Sequence record: SRR2962707_1097
Direction: 5' to 3' (one strand)
Length of the DNA: 32,159 bases
In this document: positions 8,186-16,574 of the stretch, piece after piece
Layout: each line of letters begins with the position of its first letter
Numbering within the stretch: the stretch's first letter is position 1
Notes under the pieces: generated by a model
Told to the model about the DNA's origin: nothing
What the model saw: only the letters and a program-made list of their open reading frames with translations
The model's database searches: none
Program-made: the position numbers and the translations under genes

Positions 8186-9229
8186 ATGGATAGACGTTCT
8201 TTGATTAAAACCGTGGCAGCGGGTGTTTTCGCAAGCGGTATGTTTGCTGGCACGACCGCCTCGGCTGAAACAACAACACTACGCCTGCACCAGTTCTTGC
8301 CGCCTGTCGCGACTGTGCCAAAGCACATCCTCAAGCCGTGGGCCGAACGCGTTGAAGCCGCATCCAATGGCACCCTGAAAATTGAACATTTCGATGCCAT
8401 GTCGCTTGGTGGGCGCCCGCCGGAATTGATGGACCAGGCGATTGACGGTGTTGTCGATATGTCGATGACCGTCGTGGGTTATACCCCCGGCCGCTATCCC
8501 AAGACCGAAGTGTTCGAACTGCCGTTTATGATGACCGATCCGGTCGCAACATCCGAGGCATTCTGGCAGTTGGTCGAGGATGATCTCCAAAACGGCGAAT
8601 ACAAGGACCTGAAAGTTCTCGGCGCATGGGTGCACGGCCCCGGTGTGATCCACACCAAAGACCCGGTGACCAAGCTGGAAGACCTTGCCGGCAAAAAGCT
8701 GCGTGGCCCGACACGGGTGATCAACGATATGCTATCCGAGCTGGGTGCGACGCCGGTGGGCCTGCCCCTGCCCGGCATCCCCGAGGCCTTGTCCAAAGGT
8801 GTTGTCGAGGGCACCGTGATCCCATGGGAAGTTACCCCGTCGATCCGCCTGACCGAGCTGGTGACCAACCACACCGAATTCACCGGACCAGAATCGCTTT
8901 ATACGGCGACAATCGTGCTGGTGATGAACAAGGATAAATACGAATCCCTGTCGGATGAGCAACGCGCCGCAATTGATCAGGAATCCGGTGTTGCACTGAG
9001 CAGATTTGCCGCTCAGGTGATGTTTGATTATGACGCGCCCGGTCGTGCGATTGCCGAGAAGAATGGCAATAACATCATTGAACTGGACGCAGCAGAAGTT
9101 GCCCGTTTCAAGGAAGCCGCGCAGCCGGTGATCCAGCGTTGGGTGGCCGAGGCTGAAGGCAAAGGCTTTGACGGGCAGGCGCTGATTGATCATGCCAAAG
9201 CGTTGATCAAAGTAAAATCAGAAATGTGA
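8186..9229 (+). CDS. TRAP transporter solute-binding protein (DctP family, TarP-like), probable Tat signal
   Basis: Start at ATG 8186 after GGGAGG. MDRRSLIK twin-arginine motif, GYTPGRYP..EVFELPF, KLRGP (conserved carboxylate-binding Arg) and MNKDKY. Confidence 0.88.
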   Translation: MDRRSLIKTVAAGVFASGMFAGTTASAETTTLRLHQFLPPVATVPKHILKPWAERVEAASNGTLKIEHFDAMSLGGRPPELMDQAIDGVVDMSMTVVGYTPGRYPKTEVFELPFMMTDPVATSEAFWQLVEDDLQNGEYKDLKVLGAWVHGPGVIHTKDPVTKLEDLAGKKLRGPTRVINDMLSELGATPVGLPLPGIPEALSKGVVEGTVIPWEVTPSIRLTELVTNHTEFTGPESLYTATIVLVMNKDKYESLSDEQRAAIDQESGVALSRFAAQVMFDYDAPGRAIAEKNGNNIIELDAAEVARFKEAAQPVIQRWVAEAEGKGFDGQALIDHAKALIKVKSEM

Positions 9230-9236
9230 TACCGTA

Positions 9237-9261
9237 GGGGCGGCCCATCTCGGGCCGCCTC
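9237..9261. terminator. GC-rich hairpin GGCGGCCC-ATCTC-GGGCCGCC between convergent TRAP SBP and MarR genes
   Basis: Perfect 8-bp stem, extendable by G-U and G-C pairs, directly after the SBP stop. Confidence 0.65.
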
Positions 9262-9276
9262 ATTCGGGCATGGTAA

Positions 9277-9759
9277 TCAGTCTTCGACCAGCTTCAAAAG
9301 TATCGCATGCAGGCTGTCACGTTCAGCGTGGCTGATGTTGGCGAATATGCGATCTTCATGGGCAATAATTGCCGCACGCACCCTGTCATGCAGCTGATGC
9401 CCTTTTAACGTGGCGCGCAACGCATAGGCCCGCCTGTCAGACAAGGCACGTTCACGGCGGATCAAATCCAACCCTTCCAGTTCGTCTACGATAACCACCA
9501 TCCCTGACCGTTCGATCGACAAGGCGGCGGCTACATCACTTTGGTTAATGTCAGGGTTTCCGATCACGACGGACAGCACAGACATACTGCGCTGGCTTAG
9601 ATCAAAGCCCAACAGCAATTCACGCAGGTCCCGCTGGATTGTCACCCAACTGCGCTTGATCAGATATCCGGTGAAATCTGGTAGCGCGCTCTTACTGATC
9701 GGGGTCAACAGTTCGCCGTTTTGGGCAGTGCCCGTGGAAGTGCGCGCTTGTGTGGTCAT
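9277..9759 (-). CDS. MarR-family transcriptional regulator (CouR/FerC-like)
   Basis: GYLIKR, QSDVAAALSIERSGMVVIVDELE..LIRR....DRRAYAL..T.KG winged-helix pattern. The start is placed at ATG 9759 after GAGG; the track's start at 9885 is likely too long. Confidence 0.85.
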   Translation of the reverse strand: MTTQARTSTGTAQNGELLTPISKSALPDFTGYLIKRSWVTIQRDLRELLLGFDLSQRSMSVLSVVIGNPDINQSDVAAALSIERSGMVVIVDELEGLDLIRRERALSDRRAYALRATLKGHQLHDRVRAAIIAHEDRIFANISHAERDSLHAILLKLVED

Positions 9760-9773
9760 TGCCTGCCTCATTA

Positions 9774-9790
9774 TGTTCTGACACCGAACA
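9774..9790. promoter_or_regulatory. Perfect dyad TGTTC-N7-GAACA, candidate MarR auto-operator
   Basis: Lies about 15 bp upstream of the marR start and matches the 7263-7279 site. Confidence 0.55.
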
Positions 9791-9893
9791 GTATTCCGAT
9801 CCGATGATTTTATGCAAGGCTGATGCAGGGGCTTGTTTGCGGTCGCCCCGCTATTGCATGATCGCTCAAACATCCGCACCGCCAAGGAACCAC

Positions 9894-10361
9894 ATGTCCC
9901 GTTTACCAGCCCCCGTCCTTCGCCATGTGACCGATCTGACCGTCACATTGGACCCGATCCGACACATGAACCAAGGTCGCGCAGGGGTCCGCCGGATTAT
10001 TCCGATTGTTGGCGGCACTGCAAAAGGGCCTGAAATCAATGGCAAAATCCTGAACGTCGGCGCGGATTGGCAGACACAATTTTCCAGCGGGTTGACCGAA
10101 CTTGATACGCGCTATGCGATTGAAACCGACGACGGCGCAACGATTGAGATCAAGAATTATGGCTACCGGCACGGCCCTGCGGACGTGCTGGATGCGTTGG
10201 TGCGCGGCGAAGAAGTTCCCCCTGACGCCTATTATATGCGCACCCATGCGCGGCTTGAGACCGGCGATGACCACTATACTTGGGTGAACCATACCCTGTT
10301 TGTCGGAAATGGTGCGCGTCTGAACGGGCTGGTGCAAATGTCGCTCTTTGCGATTGATTGA
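9894..10361 (+). CDS. DUF3237 / UPF0311 family protein
   Basis: RRIIPIVGG..GP..NG.IL..GADWQ, LDTRY.IETDDGA.I, YYMRT..RLETGD..Y.W.N..LFVG. Start at ATG 9894 after AAGGA. Confidence 0.85.
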   Translation: MSRLPAPVLRHVTDLTVTLDPIRHMNQGRAGVRRIIPIVGGTAKGPEINGKILNVGADWQTQFSSGLTELDTRYAIETDDGATIEIKNYGYRHGPADVLDALVRGEEVPPDAYYMRTHARLETGDDHYTWVNHTLFVGNGARLNGLVQMSLFAID

Positions 10362-10491
10362 GTTTACCGCCGAAATTCCCCGTCTGACGTAAAGAAGGGC
10401 TTTCTTTCTGGGGACAGGCATGTTCAATTTTGCCTCGTATTGCGCGGATCATAGCATGGGACGGGGCCGAAACCCGCCAAATCCTGCCAAT

Positions 10492-10526
10492 TGTCAGTTT
10501 GCGGAACTTCGTTCCGTTATGCGGTA
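10492..10526. promoter_or_regulatory. Two tandem 15-bp candidate IclR-type operators (TGTCAGTTTGCGGAA; TTCCGTTATGCGGTA) upstream of the plus-strand acyl-CoA operon
   Basis: The second site is a near-perfect dyad. The first resembles the reverse complement of 28400-28414. Confidence 0.4.
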
Positions 10527-10622
10527 TTGGCAGATGGGATTTTAACGCTTAGGCTACGCAAATCAGAGTCGCGGACAATCGTGGAGGAGCGTTCGCAAAG
10601 GCTTGTTTAGGGAGGGGTATAT

Positions 10623-10670
10623 ATGGCCGAGAAATCGGAAGGACTGCCAATGCGGGGTGGCCGTTTATGA
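10623..10670 (+). CDS. Putative 15-aa leader ORF MAEKSEGLPMRGGRL, ATGA-coupled to the acyl-CoA ligase
   Basis: GGAGGGG (10611-10617) precedes ATG 10623. Its TGA (10668-10670) overlaps the ligase ATG (10667-10669). Confidence 0.35.
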   Translation: MAEKSEGLPMRGGRL

Positions 10671-12358
10671 CGGGCATGACGATGGAAGAGGCCATTCGCC
10701 ACACCGTTGCCACCAACCCGACATTCGAGGTTGTTGAGGCAGATGTACGCGGTGTCACATACCGCACGTTCAAGAATATTCCTGGTACTGTGGCCGCATT
10801 GGTACAGGCCAGTCGTGAACAACATGACAATGGTGCCGCTGAATTTCTGGTCTATCAGGATGAACGCTGGACCTATGATGAATTCTGCGCGCATGTGAAT
10901 CAAATATCCCACGCGCTGCGCGACAGCCTTGGCGTTAAAAAAGGCGACCGTATTGGCATCGCTATGCGCAACTACCCCGAACTGTTGATGCTGACACTGG
11001 CCATTGCGTCGGCGGGTGCGGTTGTGGTGTTCGTGAATGCGTGGTGGACGACCGAAGAACTGGATTATGCCCTGCAAGACAGCGGCGCGAAAACAATCTT
11101 TGCTGATGGGCCTCGGTTGGAACGGATGCAGCCGCTCCAAGACAGTCTTGGCCTGCGTTTGATTGGTGTGCGTGATGGCGAGGGGATGACCGATCATTCT
11201 CTGACCGCGCTGGCCGCTGATATGCCGGATACGCCCATCGACGGTATCACTTTGGATACGGATGATGATTTTGCCGTGATGTATTCATCTGGCAGCACGG
11301 GCAAGCCCAAGGGCGTCGTGCAGACCCACCGCAGCGCAGTTAGTGCTGTGTTTACCTGGCTTATTCAGGCGGTCGCGGCTCCTTTGGTCAACCCGCCCCA
11401 ACCCGGTGATCCCGAGCCACCCCGCCCCTCGGGATTGGTGGTCACGCCGCTGTTCCACGTCACTGCCACGCATCCGTTGTTCCTGCTCAGCTTACCTGCC
11501 GGGGCCAAAATCTCGTTGTTGCATAAATGGGATGCCGAGGAAGCTGTTCGCGTGATCAACCGCGAAAAAGTCACGCGTTTTCTGGGCGTGCCCACACAAT
11601 CTGCCGATCTGCTAGAGGCGGCGAAACGGATGGGTGAAACCCTGCCAACGCTCACTTGGCTGGGTGCTGGTGGTGCCAAACGCCCTGCTGCCCAAGTTGC
11701 GCAGTTGCAAGGGCAGTTCCCTGCCGCTGAAATTGCCACCGGCTGGGGCATGACCGAAACCAACGCCCTTGGCATTGGCATGGTCGGCGAAGAATACAAC
11801 AAACGTCCCGATGCGGCTGGCAAACTGCACCCGCCGCTGCAAGACGTGCGGTTTCTGGATGATAACGGCAACGATGTGCCCGTCGGCCAACTGGGTGAAA
11901 TCACCGTCAAAAGCCCTGCCAACATGCGCTGTTACCTTAACAAACCCGAAGCCACCGCCGAGACGATGCAAGACGGCTGGCTGCGCACCGGTGATCTGGG
12001 TGTGATCGACGAAGAAGGGTTCATCACCATTCTGGACCGCAAGAAAAACATCATCATCCGCGGCGGTGAAAACATCGCCTGTCTGGACGTCGAAGGGGCC
12101 TTGCACACGCATCCCGACGTGATTGAGGCATGCGCCTTTTCCGTGCCTGACGAACGGCTGGGTGAAGTCGTGGGTGCCGCAATCCAGATGCGCGACGGCA
12201 AGGTAATGAGCTGCGAAGACATGGCCGCCCATCTGGACGGTCGCCTCGCCAAATTCAAAATACCGCAACAATTGTGGTGCCAAGACGGGCCTTTGACCCG
12301 TGGTGCCACTGACAAAATTGACCGCCGTGCGATCCGCGCCGCGTGTCTGGAACTTTAG
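10667..12358 (+). CDS. Acyl-CoA synthetase (class I adenylate-forming, FadD-like)
   Basis: YSSGSTGKPKG, GWGMTET, WLRTGD, DRKKNIIIRGGENI and terminal catalytic Lys (TDKIDR). Confidence 0.92.
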   Translation: MTGMTMEEAIRHTVATNPTFEVVEADVRGVTYRTFKNIPGTVAALVQASREQHDNGAAEFLVYQDERWTYDEFCAHVNQISHALRDSLGVKKGDRIGIAMRNYPELLMLTLAIASAGAVVVFVNAWWTTEELDYALQDSGAKTIFADGPRLERMQPLQDSLGLRLIGVRDGEGMTDHSLTALAADMPDTPIDGITLDTDDDFAVMYSSGSTGKPKGVVQTHRSAVSAVFTWLIQAVAAPLVNPPQPGDPEPPRPSGLVVTPLFHVTATHPLFLLSLPAGAKISLLHKWDAEEAVRVINREKVTRFLGVPTQSADLLEAAKRMGETLPTLTWLGAGGAKRPAAQVAQLQGQFPAAEIATGWGMTETNALGIGMVGEEYNKRPDAAGKLHPPLQDVRFLDDNGNDVPVGQLGEITVKSPANMRCYLNKPEATAETMQDGWLRTGDLGVIDEEGFITILDRKKNIIIRGGENIACLDVEGALHTHPDVIEACAFSVPDERLGEVVGAAIQMRDGKVMSCEDMAAHLDGRLAKFKIPQQLWCQDGPLTRGATDKIDRRAIRAACLEL

Positions 12359-12388
12359 GCCCTTGGGCCTTTGCTGAAAGGAAGACAG

Positions 12389-13681
12389 ATGAACCACCCC
12401 TCAGACGAAGAAATCGGTGCCTATATTGGCGCTGCCGGAAAAGCCGCTTGGGAGGTTCCGGGCCTGCCCGCCGACACCAAACTGCGCGAGATTAAATCGG
12501 TGGGCATTATCGGTGCCGGCACCATGGGCGGCGGCATCGCGATGAACTTTGCCACGGCTGGCATTCCGGTGACCATCGTTGAAACCACCCAAGAGGCGCT
12601 GGACCGTGGCCTAAAGGTCGTGCGGGGCAACTATCAGCGCAGCAGCGACAAGGGTCGTTTCCCCCAAGACGAAGTCGAAGCGCGGATGGACCGTTTCAAC
12701 GGCCAGCTTGAAATCGCTGCCCTTGCCGATTGCGATCTTGTGATCGAGGCCGTGTTCGAAAACATGGAGCTGAAGCGCAAGATTTTCACCGAACTTGACC
12801 GCGTGATGAAACCCGGTGCCATTCTGGCCACCAATACATCGGCGCTGAACATCGACGAAATCGCCGCGATGACCAAACGCCCCGAAGACGTGATCGGTCT
12901 GCACTTCTTTTCGCCTGCCAACGTGATGAAACTGCTGGAAATCGTGCGGGCGAAACATACGGCTGATGACGTTGTCGCGACTTCGATGGATCTGGCGAAA
13001 AAGATCAACAAGATCGCGGCGCTGGTTGGTGTTTGCCCCGGTTTTGTGGGCAACCGCATTCTGTTTGCCCGCCAAATTCAGGCGAATAAACTGCTGGCCA
13101 AAGGGTTGATGCCTTGGGATGTTGATGCTGCGTTGAACTCATTCGGGTTTAAGATGGGGCCGTTCCAGATGTCCGATCTGGCCGGTCTGGATATCGGTTG
13201 GTCCAAAGGGGCCAAGACCGATAACCCGATCCGTGACGCGCTGTGCGAAATGGATCGTCGCGGCCAGAAAACCAAAGCCGGTTTTTACGACTATGACGAA
13301 ACCCGCCGCCCGATCCCGTCGGATGTGGTTGCAGACGTGATCAAAGACATCACCGGCGCTGAATCTTCGTCGATGTCTGCGGATGAAATCATCGAAATCT
13401 GCATCTATCCAATGATCAACGAGGCCGTCAAAATCCTTGAGGAAAACAAGGCACAGCGCCCGTCGGACATCGATGTGGTCTGGCTGAACGGCTATGGCTG
13501 GCCCGCCGACAAGGGCGGCCCGATGTTCTATGGCGACATGGTCGGTGCCCAAGCCGTATTGGACGTGATGGAACGCTTGGGTGCAGAAGACCCTGCCTTC
13601 GCCCCCGCGCAACTGCTGCGCGATCTGGCGAAAAGCGGCGGAAAATTCACCGAGATTGATACCGGAGGGCTGAAAACATGA
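12389..13681 (+). CDS. 3-hydroxyacyl-CoA dehydrogenase (stand-alone; corresponds to the C-terminal part of PimF/FadB-type multifunctional enzymes)
   Basis: [36 protein letters not shown] and MGPF..SDLAGLD, plus a second C-terminal domain. Start at ATG 12389 after GAAAGGAAG. Confidence 0.9.
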   Translation: MNHPSDEEIGAYIGAAGKAAWEVPGLPADTKLREIKSVGIIGAGTMGGGIAMNFATAGIPVTIVETTQEALDRGLKVVRGNYQRSSDKGRFPQDEVEARMDRFNGQLEIAALADCDLVIEAVFENMELKRKIFTELDRVMKPGAILATNTSALNIDEIAAMTKRPEDVIGLHFFSPANVMKLLEIVRAKHTADDVVATSMDLAKKINKIAALVGVCPGFVGNRILFARQIQANKLLAKGLMPWDVDAALNSFGFKMGPFQMSDLAGLDIGWSKGAKTDNPIRDALCEMDRRGQKTKAGFYDYDETRRPIPSDVVADVIKDITGAESSSMSADEIIEICIYPMINEAVKILEENKAQRPSDIDVVWLNGYGWPADKGGPMFYGDMVGAQAVLDVMERLGAEDPAFAPAQLLRDLAKSGGKFTEIDTGGLKT

Positions 13682-14457
13682 GCTATGAATTCATCAAGAC
13701 CGAGAAAAAAGGTCATATCCTGATCGTCACCATGAACCGGCCCGAAGTGTACAACGCCGTTCATGCCGAAATGCACCAAGAGATGAGCGATTGCTGGGAT
13801 GCTTTTGCCGCCGACCAAGACCTGTGGGTCGCGGTTCTGACCGGTGCGGGCGACAAGGCGTTTACCGCAGGCAATGACCTCAAGGCCACTGCATCGGGCG
13901 GGTCTAAGAAAACACTGGCCCCGACGGGTTTTGCCGGTCTGTCATCGCGCTTTGATCTGGAAAAGCCGATTATCGCGGCCGTGAACGGGTTCGCCATGGG
14001 CGGCGGTTTTGAAACCGCACTGTCCTGCGACATTATCCTTGCCGCTGATACCGCCAAGTTTGCATTGCCCGAAGTCAAAGTGGGCTTCTTCGCCTCTGCT
14101 TCCGGCGTGCAGCGTTTGTCGCGCTATATCGGGCGCCTTGCCGCGCAGGAACTGATGCTGACGGGCCGTACAATTGACGCCGCCGAAGCGTTGAAACTGG
14201 GGTGCTGCAACGAAGTGATGCCAGCAGATCAGCTGATGCCACGTGCGATGGAACTGGCGGAGCAGCTTTGCTCTGTCTCGCCATCCTCGGTCAAAGCCAC
14301 CAAGCGGATTTTGAACAGCATGAACGTGGCCGAAGGCCTGCCCGAAAGCCTTGAATACAGCCGTGTCGTCCAAGGCGATCTGGCACAGACCGAAGATTTC
14401 AAAGAAGGCGTTCAGGCCTTTGTCGAGAAACGCAAACCCAATTGGGTCAACAAATAA
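13678..14457 (+). CDS. Enoyl-CoA hydratase/isomerase (crotonase family)
   Basis: NRPEVYNA, AGNDLK, AVNGFAMGGGFE, LPEVKVG and EGVQAFVEKRKP. ATGA overlap with the upstream gene. Confidence 0.92.
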   Translation: MSYEFIKTEKKGHILIVTMNRPEVYNAVHAEMHQEMSDCWDAFAADQDLWVAVLTGAGDKAFTAGNDLKATASGGSKKTLAPTGFAGLSSRFDLEKPIIAAVNGFAMGGGFETALSCDIILAADTAKFALPEVKVGFFASASGVQRLSRYIGRLAAQELMLTGRTIDAAEALKLGCCNEVMPADQLMPRAMELAEQLCSVSPSSVKATKRILNSMNVAEGLPESLEYSRVVQGDLAQTEDFKEGVQAFVEKRKPNWVNK

Positions 14458-14487
14458 TAATCGAAATTAACAGCCGGGAGGCACCGA

Positions 14488-15801
14488 ATGTCACATAACG
14501 AAGCAATGGCCGGGATGAATAATCTGGAAATGTCTGAAAAGGCCAAGCCGCTTTTGGCTGCCGTGATCAAACATATCCGCGAAAACGTCGATCCGATTAC
14601 AGAGGAATACTTCCGTCTGGGTGAAGGCCGCGCCGATCGCTGGTCCCACGCACCGGGCCAGCTTGAACTGCTGGAAACGGCCAAGAAAAAGGCGCGCGAA
14701 AGCGGGCTGTGGAACTTCTTTTTGCCCAACGCCGAAACTGGCGAAGGTCTGTCGAACCTCGATTACGCTTACATCGCGGCCGAGCTTGGCAAAAGCCCGT
14801 TGGCGTCTGAATCGCTGAACTGTTCCGCGCCTGACACCGGCAACATGGAAGTGTTGGAACGGATTGGTACGCAAGAACAAAAAGACACGTGGCTCAAGCC
14901 GCTGCTGGCGGGTGAAATCCGGTCGGCATTCGCGATGACCGAACCCGATATGGCGTCCTCGGATGCGAAAAACATCTCGACTTCGGCAGTGCTTGAGAAT
15001 GGCGAATGGGTCATCAACGGCGAGAAATACTATATCTCGGGTGCCGGTGATCCACGTTGTAAGATCATGATTACAATGGTTAAAACATCGCCAAACGCTG
15101 AACCTTTCCGTCAGCAGTCGCAAATTCTTGTGCCCATCGACACTCCCGGTGTCGAGATCATCGGCCCAATGCATGTGTTCGGTCACGACGATGCACCGCA
15201 TGGCCACATGCACATCAAATTCACCAACGTCCGCGTACCCGAGGCGAACATGCTTTGGGGTGAAGGCAAAGGTTTTGAAATCTCTCAAGTGCGTCTTGGA
15301 CCTGGCCGTATTCACCACTGCATGCGGTCCATCGGGGCGGCAGAAAAGGCGTTGGATCTGATGATTGAACGCGGTCTGAGCCGTGAAGCGTTTGGCAAAA
15401 AGATCATCGACCTTGGCAAGAACATGGAAACCATTTCCCGCGCCAAAATCGAGATCGAAGCCATGCGCCTGATGGTTCTCAAAGCGGCCAAGGCAATGGA
15501 CGTTCTGGGCAACAAAGAGGCCCGCATCTGGGTGAGCATGATCAAGGCGATGGTGCCAGAAAAAGTCTGCAACATCATCGACCAAGCAATGCAGGTTCAT
15601 GGTGCGACCGGTATTTCGCAATGGTCGCCGCTGTCCGGCATGTACACGTCGCAGCGCACCTTGCGCTATGCAGATGGCCCTGATGAAGTGCACCACCACG
15701 TTATTGCCCGCGCCGAGGTCAAGGATTACCAAGAATCCAACCTTCGCACATCCCGCGCCCGCGAAGAAATCGCGACAGGTCGGACACGGGGCGGCGTATG
15801 A
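14488..15801 (+). CDS. Acyl-CoA dehydrogenase of the ACAD10/ACAD11/LvaC subfamily
   Basis: GLWNFFL, NCSAPDTGNMEVL, AMTEPDMASSDA.NI, RLGPGRIHHCMR and ADGPDEVH (Asp at the canonical catalytic Glu position). Confidence 0.9.
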   Translation: MSHNEAMAGMNNLEMSEKAKPLLAAVIKHIRENVDPITEEYFRLGEGRADRWSHAPGQLELLETAKKKARESGLWNFFLPNAETGEGLSNLDYAYIAAELGKSPLASESLNCSAPDTGNMEVLERIGTQEQKDTWLKPLLAGEIRSAFAMTEPDMASSDAKNISTSAVLENGEWVINGEKYYISGAGDPRCKIMITMVKTSPNAEPFRQQSQILVPIDTPGVEIIGPMHVFGHDDAPHGHMHIKFTNVRVPEANMLWGEGKGFEISQVRLGPGRIHHCMRSIGAAEKALDLMIERGLSREAFGKKIIDLGKNMETISRAKIEIEAMRLMVLKAAKAMDVLGNKEARIWVSMIKAMVPEKVCNIIDQAMQVHGATGISQWSPLSGMYTSQRTLRYADGPDEVHHHVIARAEVKDYQESNLRTSRAREEIATGRTRGGV

Positions 15802-16565
15802 CCCTGTTTGATCTAACCGGAAAGGTGGCGCTGTTAACCGGTGCCTCCAAAGGCATGGGGCTGGCGATGGCCAAAGCCCTTGCCGAACACGGGGCGACAG
15901 TTGTCATTTCGGCGCGTAAGCAGGATCAACTTGATGCTGCTGCCGCTGAAATCAACGCGCTTGGCAAAGGCAAAGCATTCGGCGTGGCGTGCAACGTGGG
16001 CTACAAGGAACAGCTGCAAGCATTGGTCGACAAAACCCATGAGCTGGCAGGTAAAATCGACATCGTGATCGGGAATGCGGGCGTGAACCCCTATTACGGT
16101 CCTACGTCGGAAATTCCTGATGATGCCTATCAGAAAACCATGAACGCCAACGTGCAGTCCAACCTATGGCTGGCGCAGATGGTTGCCCCTGACATGGTCG
16201 AAAAAGGCGCGGGATCAATGGCCTTCACGTCTTCCATCGGGGCGTTCAAACCGTCGGTTATGCTGGGCACCTATGGCATGTCCAAGCTGGCCCTGATTGG
16301 CCTTGTGCGCAACCTTGCGGCTGAATTCGGCCCCAAAGGTATCCGTTTCAACGCGATTTGCCCGGGTTTGGTAAAAACCGAATTCGCGCGTGAACTGTGG
16401 GACAATCCGGAAGTTGAAAACCGCATCAAAAACGAGATCCCGCTGCGCCGTTTGGGCGAGGCCGAAGATTTCGCGGGGCTTGCTGTATTCTTGGCCTCTG
16501 ACGCCAGCCGTTACATGACCGGTCAGGCGCTGACCGTGTGTGGCGGATCAAACATGTGGACGTGA
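15798..16565 (+). CDS. Short-chain dehydrogenase/reductase (classical, DHRS4-like)
   Basis: TGASKGMG, NAGVNPYYGP, YGMSK and PGLVKTEF. ATGA overlap with the ACAD gene. Confidence 0.9.
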   Translation: MTLFDLTGKVALLTGASKGMGLAMAKALAEHGATVVISARKQDQLDAAAAEINALGKGKAFGVACNVGYKEQLQALVDKTHELAGKIDIVIGNAGVNPYYGPTSEIPDDAYQKTMNANVQSNLWLAQMVAPDMVEKGAGSMAFTSSIGAFKPSVMLGTYGMSKLALIGLVRNLAAEFGPKGIRFNAICPGLVKTEFARELWDNPEVENRIKNEIPLRRLGEAEDFAGLAVFLASDASRYMTGQALTVCGGSNMWT

Positions 16566-16574
16566 GGGGCTGAT

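Noticed and set aside
10667-12358. Assigning this ligase as the missing feruloyl/p-coumaroyl-CoA synthetase
   Set aside because: It looks like a generic FadD-type enzyme, heads a different operon and lacks the MarR-type dyad upstream. Not excluded biochemically.
14491-15732. 413-aa antisense ORF
   Set aside because: It mirrors the acyl-CoA dehydrogenase codon for codon and has no recognisable motifs. This is a shadow ORF typical of GC-rich codon bias.
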